A DNA stretch of 64,000 bases. Origin: an uncultured delta proteobacterium. GTDB lineage: Bacteria > Desulfobacterota > Desulfomonilia > UBA1062. Within the stretch, counting starts at the first letter, position 1; the number at the start of each line of letters is the position of its first letter. A model generated the notes under the pieces. That model was not told where the DNA came from, made no database searches, and saw only the letters and a list, made by a program, of their open reading frames with translations. This document shows, piece after piece, positions 19,989 to 28,665 of this stretch. Both the position numbers and the translations under genes were made by a program. The DNA is taken from assembly GCA_963798485.1 (NCBI GenBank), contig CAWCTR010000017.1, forward strand, positions 192,001 to 256,000, read 5' to 3'.

Positions 19989-21191
19989 ATGCAGAGAAAA
20001 AGGATGCTTTATAAAAAAGACCGGATGACAGCCGACGAAAGGCTTGCAAAGGTCATTCAATGCGAAGAGCCTGATCGCGTGCCGGTTTCCATGATGATCT
20101 ATTACTATGCCCCCTACCACACCGGCACCAGCATGGGTGAATACCTGAGAAACCCTGCAACGTACCAGCAGGTGATGCATAAGGTTTATGAAGATCTCGG
20201 CCCATGGGACATCTACTACAACATCAATCCCTACTCACGCCTGGTTTACACCTTCGTGATGATGATGCGTTCGCTCTGGCCGGGAGTTGAACTGCCTTTA
20301 GATGATGTCGTGCAGACGGAGGAAATCGAATATATGCACCCGGAGGATTATGACGAGATCCTAAGAGGTTCATCGCTTAGCGTAAAACTCTGGGGTGACA
20401 TCCTTTTCCGTTTAAAGATGCTCCAACGCTTCAGCCAAGACGCCAAAGGGTACAGCCTTCCGCGATTAACGCTGAAAGTGATTACGGGATTGCTGCATCA
20501 GATTGTCTTCTGCCGGCGCGACTTCAAGTGGTGGGAGAGTCAGGGCCTGGCGGTTCAAATCGGTTATCAGGCTGAAATGCCGTTCGATACCTTTTCTCAG
20601 GGCAGGAATGTCATCAACTTCTCCAAAGACCTGTTCTCGGTGCCTGATAAGATTGGGAAGGCAGCCACCCAGCTTGCTCACGGGTATGCAACGTTTTCGA
20701 TCCTCACGGCAAAGTACCTCATGGGCGTCCCCAGGGTGCAATTGTACCTGCACCGAACATCGAATAGCTTCATCTCGCCACGGCATTTTGAAAACCTGGC
20801 CTTCCCCAGTATGGAGATCATCGTCAACCGACTTGTCGATGCCGGAATCACACCGATCCTGCATTGTGACGGCGACTGGCTGAAGAACCTTAAAATTCTG
20901 CGACGCCTTCCTGCTAAGAAATGTGTCCTGCAGCTTGACGGCCTGACCGATATTTTCCGCGCCAAGGAAGAGATCGGGGATCATATGTGCATTTTTGGTG
21001 ATGTATCCGCCTCACGGCTGGTGATGGGCAGCCCGCAAGAAGTGGATGAATATTGCCACCGCCTGATTGAACAGGTTGGTAAAGGCGGAGGATTCATCTT
21101 GGCCGGTGGTTGTGAAATCCCGGCCAATTCACGTCCGGAAAATCTCAAGGCCATGATAAACTCGGTATATAAATACGGCTACTATCACTGA
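19989..21191 (+). CDS. Uroporphyrinogen-decarboxylase-family corrinoid methyltransferase
   Basis: EPDRVPV, ILHCDG, CIFGDV, GGGFILAGGCEIPANSRPEN. Confidence 0.82.
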   Translation: MQRKRMLYKKDRMTADERLAKVIQCEEPDRVPVSMMIYYYAPYHTGTSMGEYLRNPATYQQVMHKVYEDLGPWDIYYNINPYSRLVYTFVMMMRSLWPGVELPLDDVVQTEEIEYMHPEDYDEILRGSSLSVKLWGDILFRLKMLQRFSQDAKGYSLPRLTLKVITGLLHQIVFCRRDFKWWESQGLAVQIGYQAEMPFDTFSQGRNVINFSKDLFSVPDKIGKAATQLAHGYATFSILTAKYLMGVPRVQLYLHRTSNSFISPRHFENLAFPSMEIIVNRLVDAGITPILHCDGDWLKNLKILRRLPAKKCVLQLDGLTDIFRAKEEIGDHMCIFGDVSASRLVMGSPQEVDEYCHRLIEQVGKGGGFILAGGCEIPANSRPENLKAMINSVYKYGYYH

Positions 21192-21484
21192 CCCCGGCGC
21201 ATGTGGACAGCCGGGCGGGTCAATGGGCTCAGTAAAAATATCTCCTTAAGATCCAAGCACCCCTATAAACGGAAGAGATCATAGATTTCTATAAGGGATC
21301 TCATTGGCTCAAATGATAAAGATCGTTCCACTATATGTACTTTGATATGAGATATCTCCAAGTATAGATTACATCTGAGAACATATATTTTTCGGCCCAT
21401 CTTGAAAGCGATTATTTATCTATGAGATCAATGGTTATTCTTTCAGCAATAGGACTGATGAGTTATCGCAGGAATCATCATAAG

Positions 21485-21545
21485 GTATAACGGGACGCAT
21501 CAGCCTCGCGGGCGGCACGCCCGCGTCCGCCTGAATGGGTTAGCT
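21485..21545 (-). mobile_element. Integron attC-like site (61 bp, R''-L'' spacer shortened)
   Basis: Minus strand AGCTAAC-C-CATTCAGGC-GGA-CGCGGGC-GTGCC-GCCCGCG-AG-GCTGATG-CGTCCC-GTTATAC, directly downstream of ORF 21565..22167. Confidence 0.7.
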
Positions 21546-21564
21546 AATCTTCAATGGTTTTTTA

Positions 21565-22167
21565 TTATGAGAGCAAGACTCCTGCAAGTTGAACCAGAAA
21601 AGCTAGTATTAGAAGACCCGGCCCTAGCTTTGATAAGAAAACCTGCCACTTCCCAACTGATTTCTTTTCCTCTTTTGGATTGCCAATCCACGGAATGACT
21701 GGTGCTCCCTTTTCTGTATAAAATTGAATACGTGGTGGATAATAGAACATTAAAGCAGCTGATATTATACCAAGTCCTAATCCGAGCAAGGTTAAAGCCT
21801 TTGATATAGTTATCTGTGAAATTCCAGATACTGAATGGGCTTGAAATTGAGATGGAATTGGTCTTTTTATTTCCAGCCTTTGTTGTAATACAGATTGCTT
21901 TTGAATATTCCAAGGAATTTGATTTGATTTAAATGTATAATTGGATAGTACAAACAGAATGATCATTACAATAATTCCTATAATCGCTGAAATTGCCGCA
22001 ATCTTGCTCCACTTAATAGTTTCTATTATTTGTTCTTTTTCTTTTATTTCTCTTTTTGAGAGTGCTTCTAATGCAGGTTTATGAAAGTGGTGGGGGCTTG
22101 GAAAATTCTTTAAGATTTCTTGTAATTCTGCTTTTGATTTATTTTCAAAATCTGGAGGTTCATTCAT
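21565..22167 (-). CDS. Integron cassette gene, hypothetical membrane protein (about 3 TM)
   Basis: AT-rich; GGAGA RBS, with the ATG only about 15 nt past the attC core; flanked by attC sites. Confidence 0.7.
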   Translation of the reverse strand: MNEPPDFENKSKAELQEILKNFPSPHHFHKPALEALSKREIKEKEQIIETIKWSKIAAISAIIGIIVMIILFVLSNYTFKSNQIPWNIQKQSVLQQRLEIKRPIPSQFQAHSVSGISQITISKALTLLGLGLGIISAALMFYYPPRIQFYTEKGAPVIPWIGNPKEEKKSVGKWQVFLSKLGPGLLILAFLVQLAGVLLS

Positions 22168-22182
22168 TAAATTCTCTCCAGA

Positions 22183-22230
22183 AGCTAACGCGCAGGTAAG
22201 CGGCTTGTCCGCTTGACCTGCTGGTTAAGC
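22183..22230 (-). mobile_element. Integron attC site (48 bp)
   Basis: Minus strand GCTTAAC(R'')-CAGCA-GGTCAAGC(L'')-GGACAAGCC-GCTTACC(L')-TGCGC-GTTAGCT(R'); the upstream gene's stop TAA lies inside R''. Confidence 0.85.
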
Positions 22231-23112
22231 TTCATGGCTGCCCCTTTGTCCTTTACGAATTGCATTCTTGTATGCTCCGCACTGCTCTTTAATTGGGCAA
22301 GGTGTCGCATAATGAATTGACAAGCAAGTGCCACTATGCCTAGTCAGCGGCAGAACAGGGTCAATTGAGCGCATATAGCCCAACCCAGTGAAAAACCCGC
22401 ACAAGGTTATTGTTGTCTCCAAGGGAAGTGTTGTGTAAAAGAACTCAAAAACATTGTGCTGTAATTGCAAAGTATTTTTGTAGACCTCATTAATGTACTC
22501 TACAAAATCAGCGATGACTAAACAGCGTGCTTCGGTGCCTAAGCCTCTATGCATATACGATACTTTCCCTGTTTTATCGTCCTTACTGCAGCTGCCCAAA
22601 CTACCATGAGTAAACTCGGTTCGATACTTGCGAAGCTGAAGAAACCAATTATCATATGACTCAGCAAATAGCGCATTTAGTTCGACAGGAAAATATTTAC
22701 CGTACTTATTATTTTTAGCCTTCGAAAAAAGTTTGCTCGTTGATTTTTTCTGGACACCTTCTATAGAAGAGTAAACTGCATAAATCACATCTCTAATTCC
22801 GTATAAGGCTGCGTATAACTCGTTTATGCAGCACTCAGCTATTGCAGAGAATTGCCGCGAATATTTGGCATGAGTATGACCTTTCTCATTCATTTCCTTT
22901 CTATCAAAATCAAATCCACCAATTAATTCATTCCCGATTTCTGCTAATACGCGGAATTTATCAAGATGATCAGAGGTAGCACTAATTCCTCTTTTAAATA
23001 TTTTGTTCCCTTCCAATAATGCATACTTAAATTTTCCGAATCTATCGACCGCATCCCATTCCTCAGGCGCGAATACTAGTAAAAAAGCATCATGTCCTGC
23101 TACTTTTTTCAC
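22225..23112 (-). CDS. Integron cassette gene, putative HEPN-like protein with Cys-rich C-terminus
   Basis: GAGGAG RBS plus GTG; helical protein with RTEFTH (Rx4H) motif; AT-rich. Confidence 0.7.
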   Translation of the reverse strand: MKKVAGHDAFLLVFAPEEWDAVDRFGKFKYALLEGNKIFKRGISATSDHLDKFRVLAEIGNELIGGFDFDRKEMNEKGHTHAKYSRQFSAIAECCINELYAALYGIRDVIYAVYSSIEGVQKKSTSKLFSKAKNNKYGKYFPVELNALFAESYDNWFLQLRKYRTEFTHGSLGSCSKDDKTGKVSYMHRGLGTEARCLVIADFVEYINEVYKNTLQLQHNVFEFFYTTLPLETTITLCGFFTGLGYMRSIDPVLPLTRHSGTCLSIHYATPCPIKEQCGAYKNAIRKGQRGSHEA

Positions 23113-23231
23113 AGCACTCCTCTATGGACTTAATTACTATACTGCACTTTTGCAGTATATCACCATTGTTATCCGAAGCACAATTGCAGTATATACGTAT
23201 ATTAAGTGCACGGCAATATGCTGTTAAATTA

Positions 23232-23376
23232 CTTAAACCATAGCTTACGTGCCAGAGGCCACGGTCTGATGTGAAGTGTCTTTCTGCGTATGTTTCAATC
23301 CAAGATCATCGGTTTTTGGACCTTTGGAAAGTGCCAACTTATCGCAGTTATCAACGGTTGATAGTAAGAGATTAAG
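23232..23376 (-). promoter_or_regulatory. Copy 1 of a dispersed ~145-bp regulatory module (sigma54 -24-like TGGCACG plus ATCAACNGTTGAT palindrome)
   Basis: Colinear similarity to 24649..24790 by manual alignment. Confidence 0.55.
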
Positions 23377-23441
23377 GTCGTTCTTCTACTTCAGATCTAT
23401 AGTATGAGAAAAAATGCTAGGATAATCTTAGAAGTTCTTAT

Positions 23442-23475
23442 AAAAGGGCGGGGAAACATCCCTCGCCCTTTTTTT
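23442..23475. terminator. Probably bidirectional intrinsic terminator
   Basis: AAAAGGGCGGGGA-AACA-TCCCTCGCCC-TTTTTTT hairpin just after the FN3 lipoprotein stop. Confidence 0.75.
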
Positions 23476-23485
23476 GAAAACGAAA

Positions 23486-24493
23486 CTACTGTACGGTGAT
23501 TGGAACAAGGGCCTCACTGCCTATCCATAAACCCGATCCGTCAGCTGTGTTGGCTATTGGTATTCCCCCTGTTCCTATGCCTGGTGTTATGATTCCTACC
23601 ATCACTTGATAGCTTCCCGCTGTTACACTATTCGCGGGGATATTACAGGAGGTAGAGGCTGTAGAGATAATAAGAGGTATATCATTAGAAGGATAGATCA
23701 GATTGCCGTCAAGGTCAATAAGTCCGACATAATACGTTGCATTCGTGGTCGGCGCACCGGCTGACCAGGTGACGGTATTAGCGTTGGCAGTCTGCCAAAA
23801 AGCACCTGATGTAGGAGCAGTGATGTTTGGGAATATCGTGTACTGGGTTCCAGTTGCGGTGTAGGTCGTGCTCCCAATGGTCACACTTAGATTGACTGGA
23901 GAACCTGCAGATATTACTATGTATCCTTTATACTTTTGTGAAGTCGAATGATAATCAAGAGTGGTTCCATTTATTGTTACCAAGGCGTTTGTTATTGGTG
24001 TTGTAATTGTACTATCGGTATAGACTTGAACCCCTTGGAGCGCATCCCCGTTATTATCCCCTTGGGCCAAACTCCTTACTATGGCATTGATGTATGGCGC
24101 GGCTGAAGCTGTGGCTGACGGCGTTGCGTTCACCTGGGTCGATGCTGCTGATTCACCAATGGAATTTACCGCAGTTACCACATAGTAGTATGGTGTGCCG
24201 TTGGTCAGCTGTGTCTGAATGTAAGGATTGGTTGCGCTGGCTATTTTGGTGCCGTTGGCCGTAGTCACACCGGTCGTAGTGGACCAGTAAATGTTGTAAG
24301 ACGTTGCGCCTGTTACTGACGTCCAGGCAATAGTTACCTGGTCATTCCCTGGTGTGGCGGTAACACCTGTCGGAGCTGCCGGGGCAGTTGTTGTCGAAGA
24401 AGAACTACCTCCTCCTCCACATCCGACAAAGAGTGTAATGATTGAGAGAACTATGATTGACCGGAAGATGCCCAGTAAGCGAGATGTACCCAT
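23486..24493 (-). CDS. Lipoprotein with fibronectin type III domain
   Basis: FVGC lipobox followed by a G/S linker; PAAPTGVTAT...W...SYNIYWS...LTNGTPYYYVVTAVNSIGES. Confidence 0.85.
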   Translation of the reverse strand: MGTSRLLGIFRSIIVLSIITLFVGCGGGGSSSSTTTAPAAPTGVTATPGNDQVTIAWTSVTGATSYNIYWSTTTGVTTANGTKIASATNPYIQTQLTNGTPYYYVVTAVNSIGESAASTQVNATPSATASAAPYINAIVRSLAQGDNNGDALQGVQVYTDSTITTPITNALVTINGTTLDYHSTSQKYKGYIVISAGSPVNLSVTIGSTTYTATGTQYTIFPNITAPTSGAFWQTANANTVTWSAGAPTTNATYYVGLIDLDGNLIYPSNDIPLIISTASTSCNIPANSVTAGSYQVMVGIITPGIGTGGIPIANTADGSGLWIGSEALVPITVQ

Positions 24494-24648
24494 AAATTGT
24501 CCCCCTCTAATATAAACTGAAATAGGCTTTCATAGATGCAATGTTTCTTCGATGCTAAAAGCCTTACCCCTCAGAGAAGATGCATATCGTGATAGAGTAA
24601 CCAAATATATTATATAACAATTATATTACCCTCGGTCAAACTGAACTT

Positions 24649-24790
24649 CTTAAACCGTAGATTCCGTGCCATGCTTGATGCTCTGATATAGAGCGCCTTG
24701 CTGCATAGGTTTGAACTTAAGATCAGTTTTCAGCATTCTCAAAACCGTGATGAAATCGCAGGAATCAACAGTTGATCATCAAAGATTGAG
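24649..24790 (-). promoter_or_regulatory. Copy 2 of the dispersed regulatory module, upstream of the FN3 lipoprotein
   Basis: CTTAAACC..CGTGCCA..TCTGAT..CTGC..AAGATCA..ATCGCAG..ATCAACAGTTGAT..AGATT shared with 23232..23376. Confidence 0.55.
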
Positions 24791-24928
24791 ACTGCCACTT
24801 TTGGCACAATCTATACTTCCCGTGCTAAAGATGTCATGAACCTGTTTTTATGCTCAATCCATGGGGATACCAGCGCTTTTCGTACACATGGTTACAATTA
24901 TTACCAGTTCCCTGACTATTAAACCTCA

Positions 24929-24975
24929 CAACATATTGATATTACAAAGTCATATTTCCTGGCACAGAGGTTGTA
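24929..24975 (+). promoter_or_regulatory. IHF site plus sigma54-like promoter
   Basis: CAACATATTGATA matches WATCAANNNNTTR in reverse; TGGCAC-AGAGG-TTGTA at 24960 (-12 is GT, not GC). Confidence 0.5.
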
Positions 24976-25149
24976 AGTTGTTTGGCAATGGTCCAACTAT
25001 TCAAAATTCTTCTGGCAAAAGGTTATCCACTTCATGATGCTGCTTGCAGCATGATCAATACTTTTAGACTAAGTCTGCGAGGCATACCGATTGGTTTATG
25101 GGGAGACACTTATTAATCAATCCTAGGTATTGATGAAAGAAGGTATAGA

Positions 25150-25374
25150 TTGATTACATTGAAGTATTCAACAAATAATGGATTTTTATTTCAGGTTTTA
25201 GAGGATAACCAGCCTATAGGAAGTGTCAGCATTAATACAAGACTGACATGTGACAAATATCTAGCCATGATTCATGGGCAACGAGAGGAAGATTGCAGCG
25301 CAAAGGAATTTGATACCCCTCATGATGCATTGTATTGGTTAGAAAAACGTAGAGTAAAGAGCAAAGGTAGTTAA
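25150..25374 (+). CDS. Hypothetical small protein
   Basis: 74-aa ORF, TTG start with GAAGG upstream. Confidence 0.45.
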   Translation: MITLKYSTNNGFLFQVLEDNQPIGSVSINTRLTCDKYLAMIHGQREEDCSAKEFDTPHDALYWLEKRRVKSKGS

Positions 25375-25509
25375 AGATTATCTTACGTAATTTTTCCTAT
25401 ACCGCATCGAGAACTAATGACCTTGCGGGTTTGTCGCATTGGTTTATGACGTGAGCAGCTAATGTTAGTCTTTTATGAGACGTTGGGGGGGAAAAGGAGG
25501 TAATATTTT

Positions 25510-25782
25510 ATGCGTGCCTGGTACATACTTATGGCAACATTCATCACTCTCATGATAGCGATAGTGATCTTACTCGGGGGTCTTGGTGATATTCAAGGGA
25601 ACCATTGGGTAATGCCCTCGCAAATGAATAGTGCTTACGGTGTTCAAGAGGTATCTCGCACAGAAACTTCAGCGTATCCCTGGCAGCTTGATTATGTAAC
25701 CCTTGGGACCAAGGTGGAAATAGCGTATGCCTCCATACCTAATTATTTATTGCCCTGTAACGAAGAACACAGGGTAAGATAG
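25510..25782 (+). CDS. Hypothetical small membrane-anchored/secreted protein
   Basis: Strong AAGGAGG RBS; N-terminal hydrophobic helix. Confidence 0.6.
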   Translation: MRAWYILMATFITLMIAIVILLGGLGDIQGNHWVMPSQMNSAYGVQEVSRTETSAYPWQLDYVTLGTKVEIAYASIPNYLLPCNEEHRVR

Positions 25783-25902
25783 AAGTTGCTACGATACTTG
25801 GTGATTTTTGATAGAACTGAATAGTCGAGGAACAGGCACTTGGAAAAAGGTGGTTACGACCTCACATAACTACCAACCTACAAAGGCACTAAAAATCTCC
25901 CT

Positions 25903-25931
25903 TGGGGAACTGCAAAGGTTCCCCATTTTTT
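25903..25931 (+). terminator. Intrinsic terminator
   Basis: TGGGGAAC-TGCAAAG-GTTCCCCA-TTTTTT. Confidence 0.7.
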
Positions 25932-26361
25932 ATCATAAAAGAAAAGGGAGCCATTGAGGAGTACCACCATGTGAACTTCGCACGTCCAGGTCTGTGGAGG
26001 CCCGGGGAGAGTAATCTACCTGGTCTACTCGACCCATTCTATACTCCAAGTTGAGGTGCGCAACTCTATTGATAGCTTGTGGGGATCGTTCATTTCGTAA
26101 GTGCGATTTTCATATCATCTATCATACATGACCAAGTACCAGAAAAGCTGCAACCAGGTTCCGATCGAGTATTCAATTCACCCCACCGGACTGTAAAATA
26201 ATCCGACACCTACCTGGCGGTACCTCACTAGCACCTCTCTCTCCTGGTATGCATTTCATAACACATCTTAATCAAAGTATATTTGCTGGTAACCTATACA
26301 CTGTGCATATTTATGTTACCTGTATGCAGGTCTCTCCCATCATAGGTTCATAGGGAGCCTG

Positions 26362-26458
26362 TGTCGAGATATTTTACAATAGCAGCAACCTAATTTTTGG
26401 TGTAATGATATAACCAGTTGAATTATTATCTTAATTTAATTATGGCACTTTATTTGCT
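26362..26458 (+). promoter_or_regulatory. PEP-CTERM-type enhancer box plus sigma54 promoter
   Basis: TGTCGAGATATTTTACA (26362-26378) and TGGCAC-TTTAT-TTGCT (26443-26458, GG-N10-GC). Confidence 0.8.
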
Positions 26459-26493
26459 TAATTTATTGAAGAACTTTGAAAAGGAGTGTACCT

Positions 26494-27126
26494 ATGAAAA
26501 GGGTCACATCAATTTTGATCGGTTTTCTTTTACTCATGGGATTTGTTTCAACAGCTTGGGCAACTCAGTTCGTCACTACGGGTGTAACTGACTGGACATC
26601 TGTTTTAGTCACATACTATGGGAAAACAGAGAGTGCATTCGCTGGTGAGATCGACCTTCTTATTGATGGAAAAGCGAGCTACGGTTATTGTGTTGATTTT
26701 GCTGCTACTACTTATGTTCCTAGCACATACACGGGAAACTTGACCGGGCTGGACGCTGTCTCGAATGGTGCTGGGGCTGAGGCTGCCTGGTTGATGAATA
26801 ATACTGAGGGAACGGGTGCTGATTCATTTGCTGCCGTCCAGTTAGTTATATGGAAACTCTTGTATGGTGATAACTTCAGCTATGATACTCTCTCTGTAGA
26901 TAGCACAATTAATAATCTTTACACGACATACCTCGCCCTTGCTCAGAGCAATTCCTACAGCGGCACGGGCTATTCGGTTGCGTTGTTGCTGAATTCCAGT
27001 AACAATCCTTCTAGTGGCCAAGATCTTCTGGTAAATGCCCCCGCCCCAGTTCCTGAGCCTACCACGATCTTACTGCTGGGCAGCGGCCTGATCGGGCTTG
27101 CCAGTTTCCGTAGAAAGAAGCAGTAG
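26494..27126 (+). CDS. PEP-CTERM exosortase-sorted surface protein
   Basis: Signal peptide; YGYCVD and AVQLVIW motifs; C-terminal VPEPTTILLLGSGLIGLASFRRKK; AAGGAG RBS. Confidence 0.95.
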   Translation: MKRVTSILIGFLLLMGFVSTAWATQFVTTGVTDWTSVLVTYYGKTESAFAGEIDLLIDGKASYGYCVDFAATTYVPSTYTGNLTGLDAVSNGAGAEAAWLMNNTEGTGADSFAAVQLVIWKLLYGDNFSYDTLSVDSTINNLYTTYLALAQSNSYSGTGYSVALLLNSSNNPSSGQDLLVNAPAPVPEPTTILLLGSGLIGLASFRRKKQ

Positions 27127-27163
27127 TAAAGTTTTTCGACACCAAAACAACGACAAATTCCAA

Positions 27164-27195
27164 GCCCGCCGGTGCATCACCGGTGGGTTGCTTTT
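27164..27195 (+). terminator. Intrinsic terminator
   Basis: GCCCGCCGGTG-CAT-CACCGGTGGGT-TGCTTTT. Confidence 0.7.
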
Positions 27196-27679
27196 AAAAA
27201 CCTTGCTCTCTTCGTGGTAACCAGCATTTTGTATAAATGGGTTACGCTCATGCTGCGGCTAGTTCCTAGTGGTGTGCCAGGACTTTTTCTTGCGTTTTTG
27301 CCACTACTAAGCACCTGGCGTACATAGCCGCAACCCATAAGGGCTTTCTGTAACCGGCACGATATAAAAGTACAGATAGCCACGATGGATAAGATATTTT
27401 CTAATCCCGGGATAGTTATCATATCCAAATGATATCTGAATAGAATGACCTGTCTTGTGAAAGTCCAGATATTAATACGTATGTATTAAAAGTGCTATCA
27501 ATAGATAAGAAGAACTGGAAAGTCCGAAAACATCTAAATTGAACAAGTTGTATGATAATATTTTAACTACTGCTGCTTCATTCTAAGATCAGATCTCAAC
27601 TATAACAATTCATGTGTATATTCAGTTGCAAAAAAATCGGTTTCGTTTTGGATGTCAAGCCGCCTGGACCGAGGTAGTG

Positions 27680-28654
27680 TCATCGTTTGATCTTCCCCGG
27701 CAGGATGTAGGGATACGACCTGTTGAGGATGTATGTCTTGATGATGCGGTCCAACCTCCTGAGCGCTAGAAAGAGCCTCCAGATAAAGGCATCCTCGCGA
27801 TAGTACGATTTTACCTCTTTCTCGGTAATAGGATTGATTGTGAGGTCGGATGCCTCGTGAACAAAGAAGGAGTTTGCCGCATCTATGAAATCCCTGATGA
27901 GATCGGGCCGCTGTTCCTTGTACAGGTTCGCAATAAGGTCCACTACCACGAGATGGAAATCATAATACCTGTCCAGGATGCCCTGAAGGAAAAAGGCCCT
28001 GATGAGCCACACCAGGAATGACGGTGCGCTTCGCAGGAAGAGGTCGGTCTCGATCTGCTCCTTCCCGCTGATCCGGATGAGCGGTGTGCTTGTGTCAATA
28101 TAATAGAGTTCCGCCTCTTGTGTGACAGAAGGGTTGGCAGGATACAAGTCCTTCAGCGCCCAGTTGGAGAGCTGGCCGTCAAGCCCCATGAGTGTTTCAC
28201 TGCTGTTTGCGTTGAATCTCCACACCTTCAGCAGATGCCCGAGGATTACGAGAAAGAGCGTCTTTAAGGAGGCGTTATCGAGCCTGCCCAGCAGCCGGTG
28301 GCACAGAGACTCGGGCGGCAGCTTTTGCTGGATGATGTAGACGACCATATTCCCGGTTTTCGGATATATCCTCGCTGTCGAATATTCAGGCACCATGATG
28401 CCGATCTCTTCACTCAGGAGCTTGTTATATCGTATGAACAGGGCCTCGTACCGTTCCATCTCATCCATGCTCAGGAATATGGGCATACGCTTAAAGGCCA
28501 GGCCCTGCTGGTTCTCATGGAGGATTTCAAAGATGGTGCTTATCTCCCCATAACCGAGGATCCTGGCCGGGATCAGGCTTTTTCCCGGGGCCTTGGGATT
28601 CAGGCCGTGCTCGAAACGGTTGAGAAGATCGATATCTATGCCCTTTACGTTTAT
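27680..28654 (-). CDS. Protein-kinase-like-fold protein (DUF6206-like), probable ATA start
   Basis: Frame stays open upstream of the track start 28486, adding LGYGEIS (Gly-loop) and AFKRMP; DGQLSNW and YIDTSTP downstream; AAGGGGG RBS before ATA 28654. Confidence 0.7.
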   Translation of the reverse strand: MNVKGIDIDLLNRFEHGLNPKAPGKSLIPARILGYGEISTIFEILHENQQGLAFKRMPIFLSMDEMERYEALFIRYNKLLSEEIGIMVPEYSTARIYPKTGNMVVYIIQQKLPPESLCHRLLGRLDNASLKTLFLVILGHLLKVWRFNANSSETLMGLDGQLSNWALKDLYPANPSVTQEAELYYIDTSTPLIRISGKEQIETDLFLRSAPSFLVWLIRAFFLQGILDRYYDFHLVVVDLIANLYKEQRPDLIRDFIDAANSFFVHEASDLTINPITEKEVKSYYREDAFIWRLFLALRRLDRIIKTYILNRSYPYILPGKIKR

Positions 28655-28665
28655 GGCAACCCCCT

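Noticed and set aside
21200-21484. Third gene cassette beyond the distal attC
   Set aside because: All minus-strand frames I checked close quickly and no further attC was seen.
21551-21913. Alternative 120-aa ORF in the cassette
   Set aside because: It overlaps the 200-aa ORF, which has the RBS and the cassette-typical start position.
23140-23157. LexA/SOS box
   Set aside because: Spacing is CTG-N8-CAG, not CTG-N10-CAG.
26288-26320. GGTAAC...GTTACC inverted repeat as an attC
   Set aside because: No L boxes, too short, and no adjacent cassette gene.
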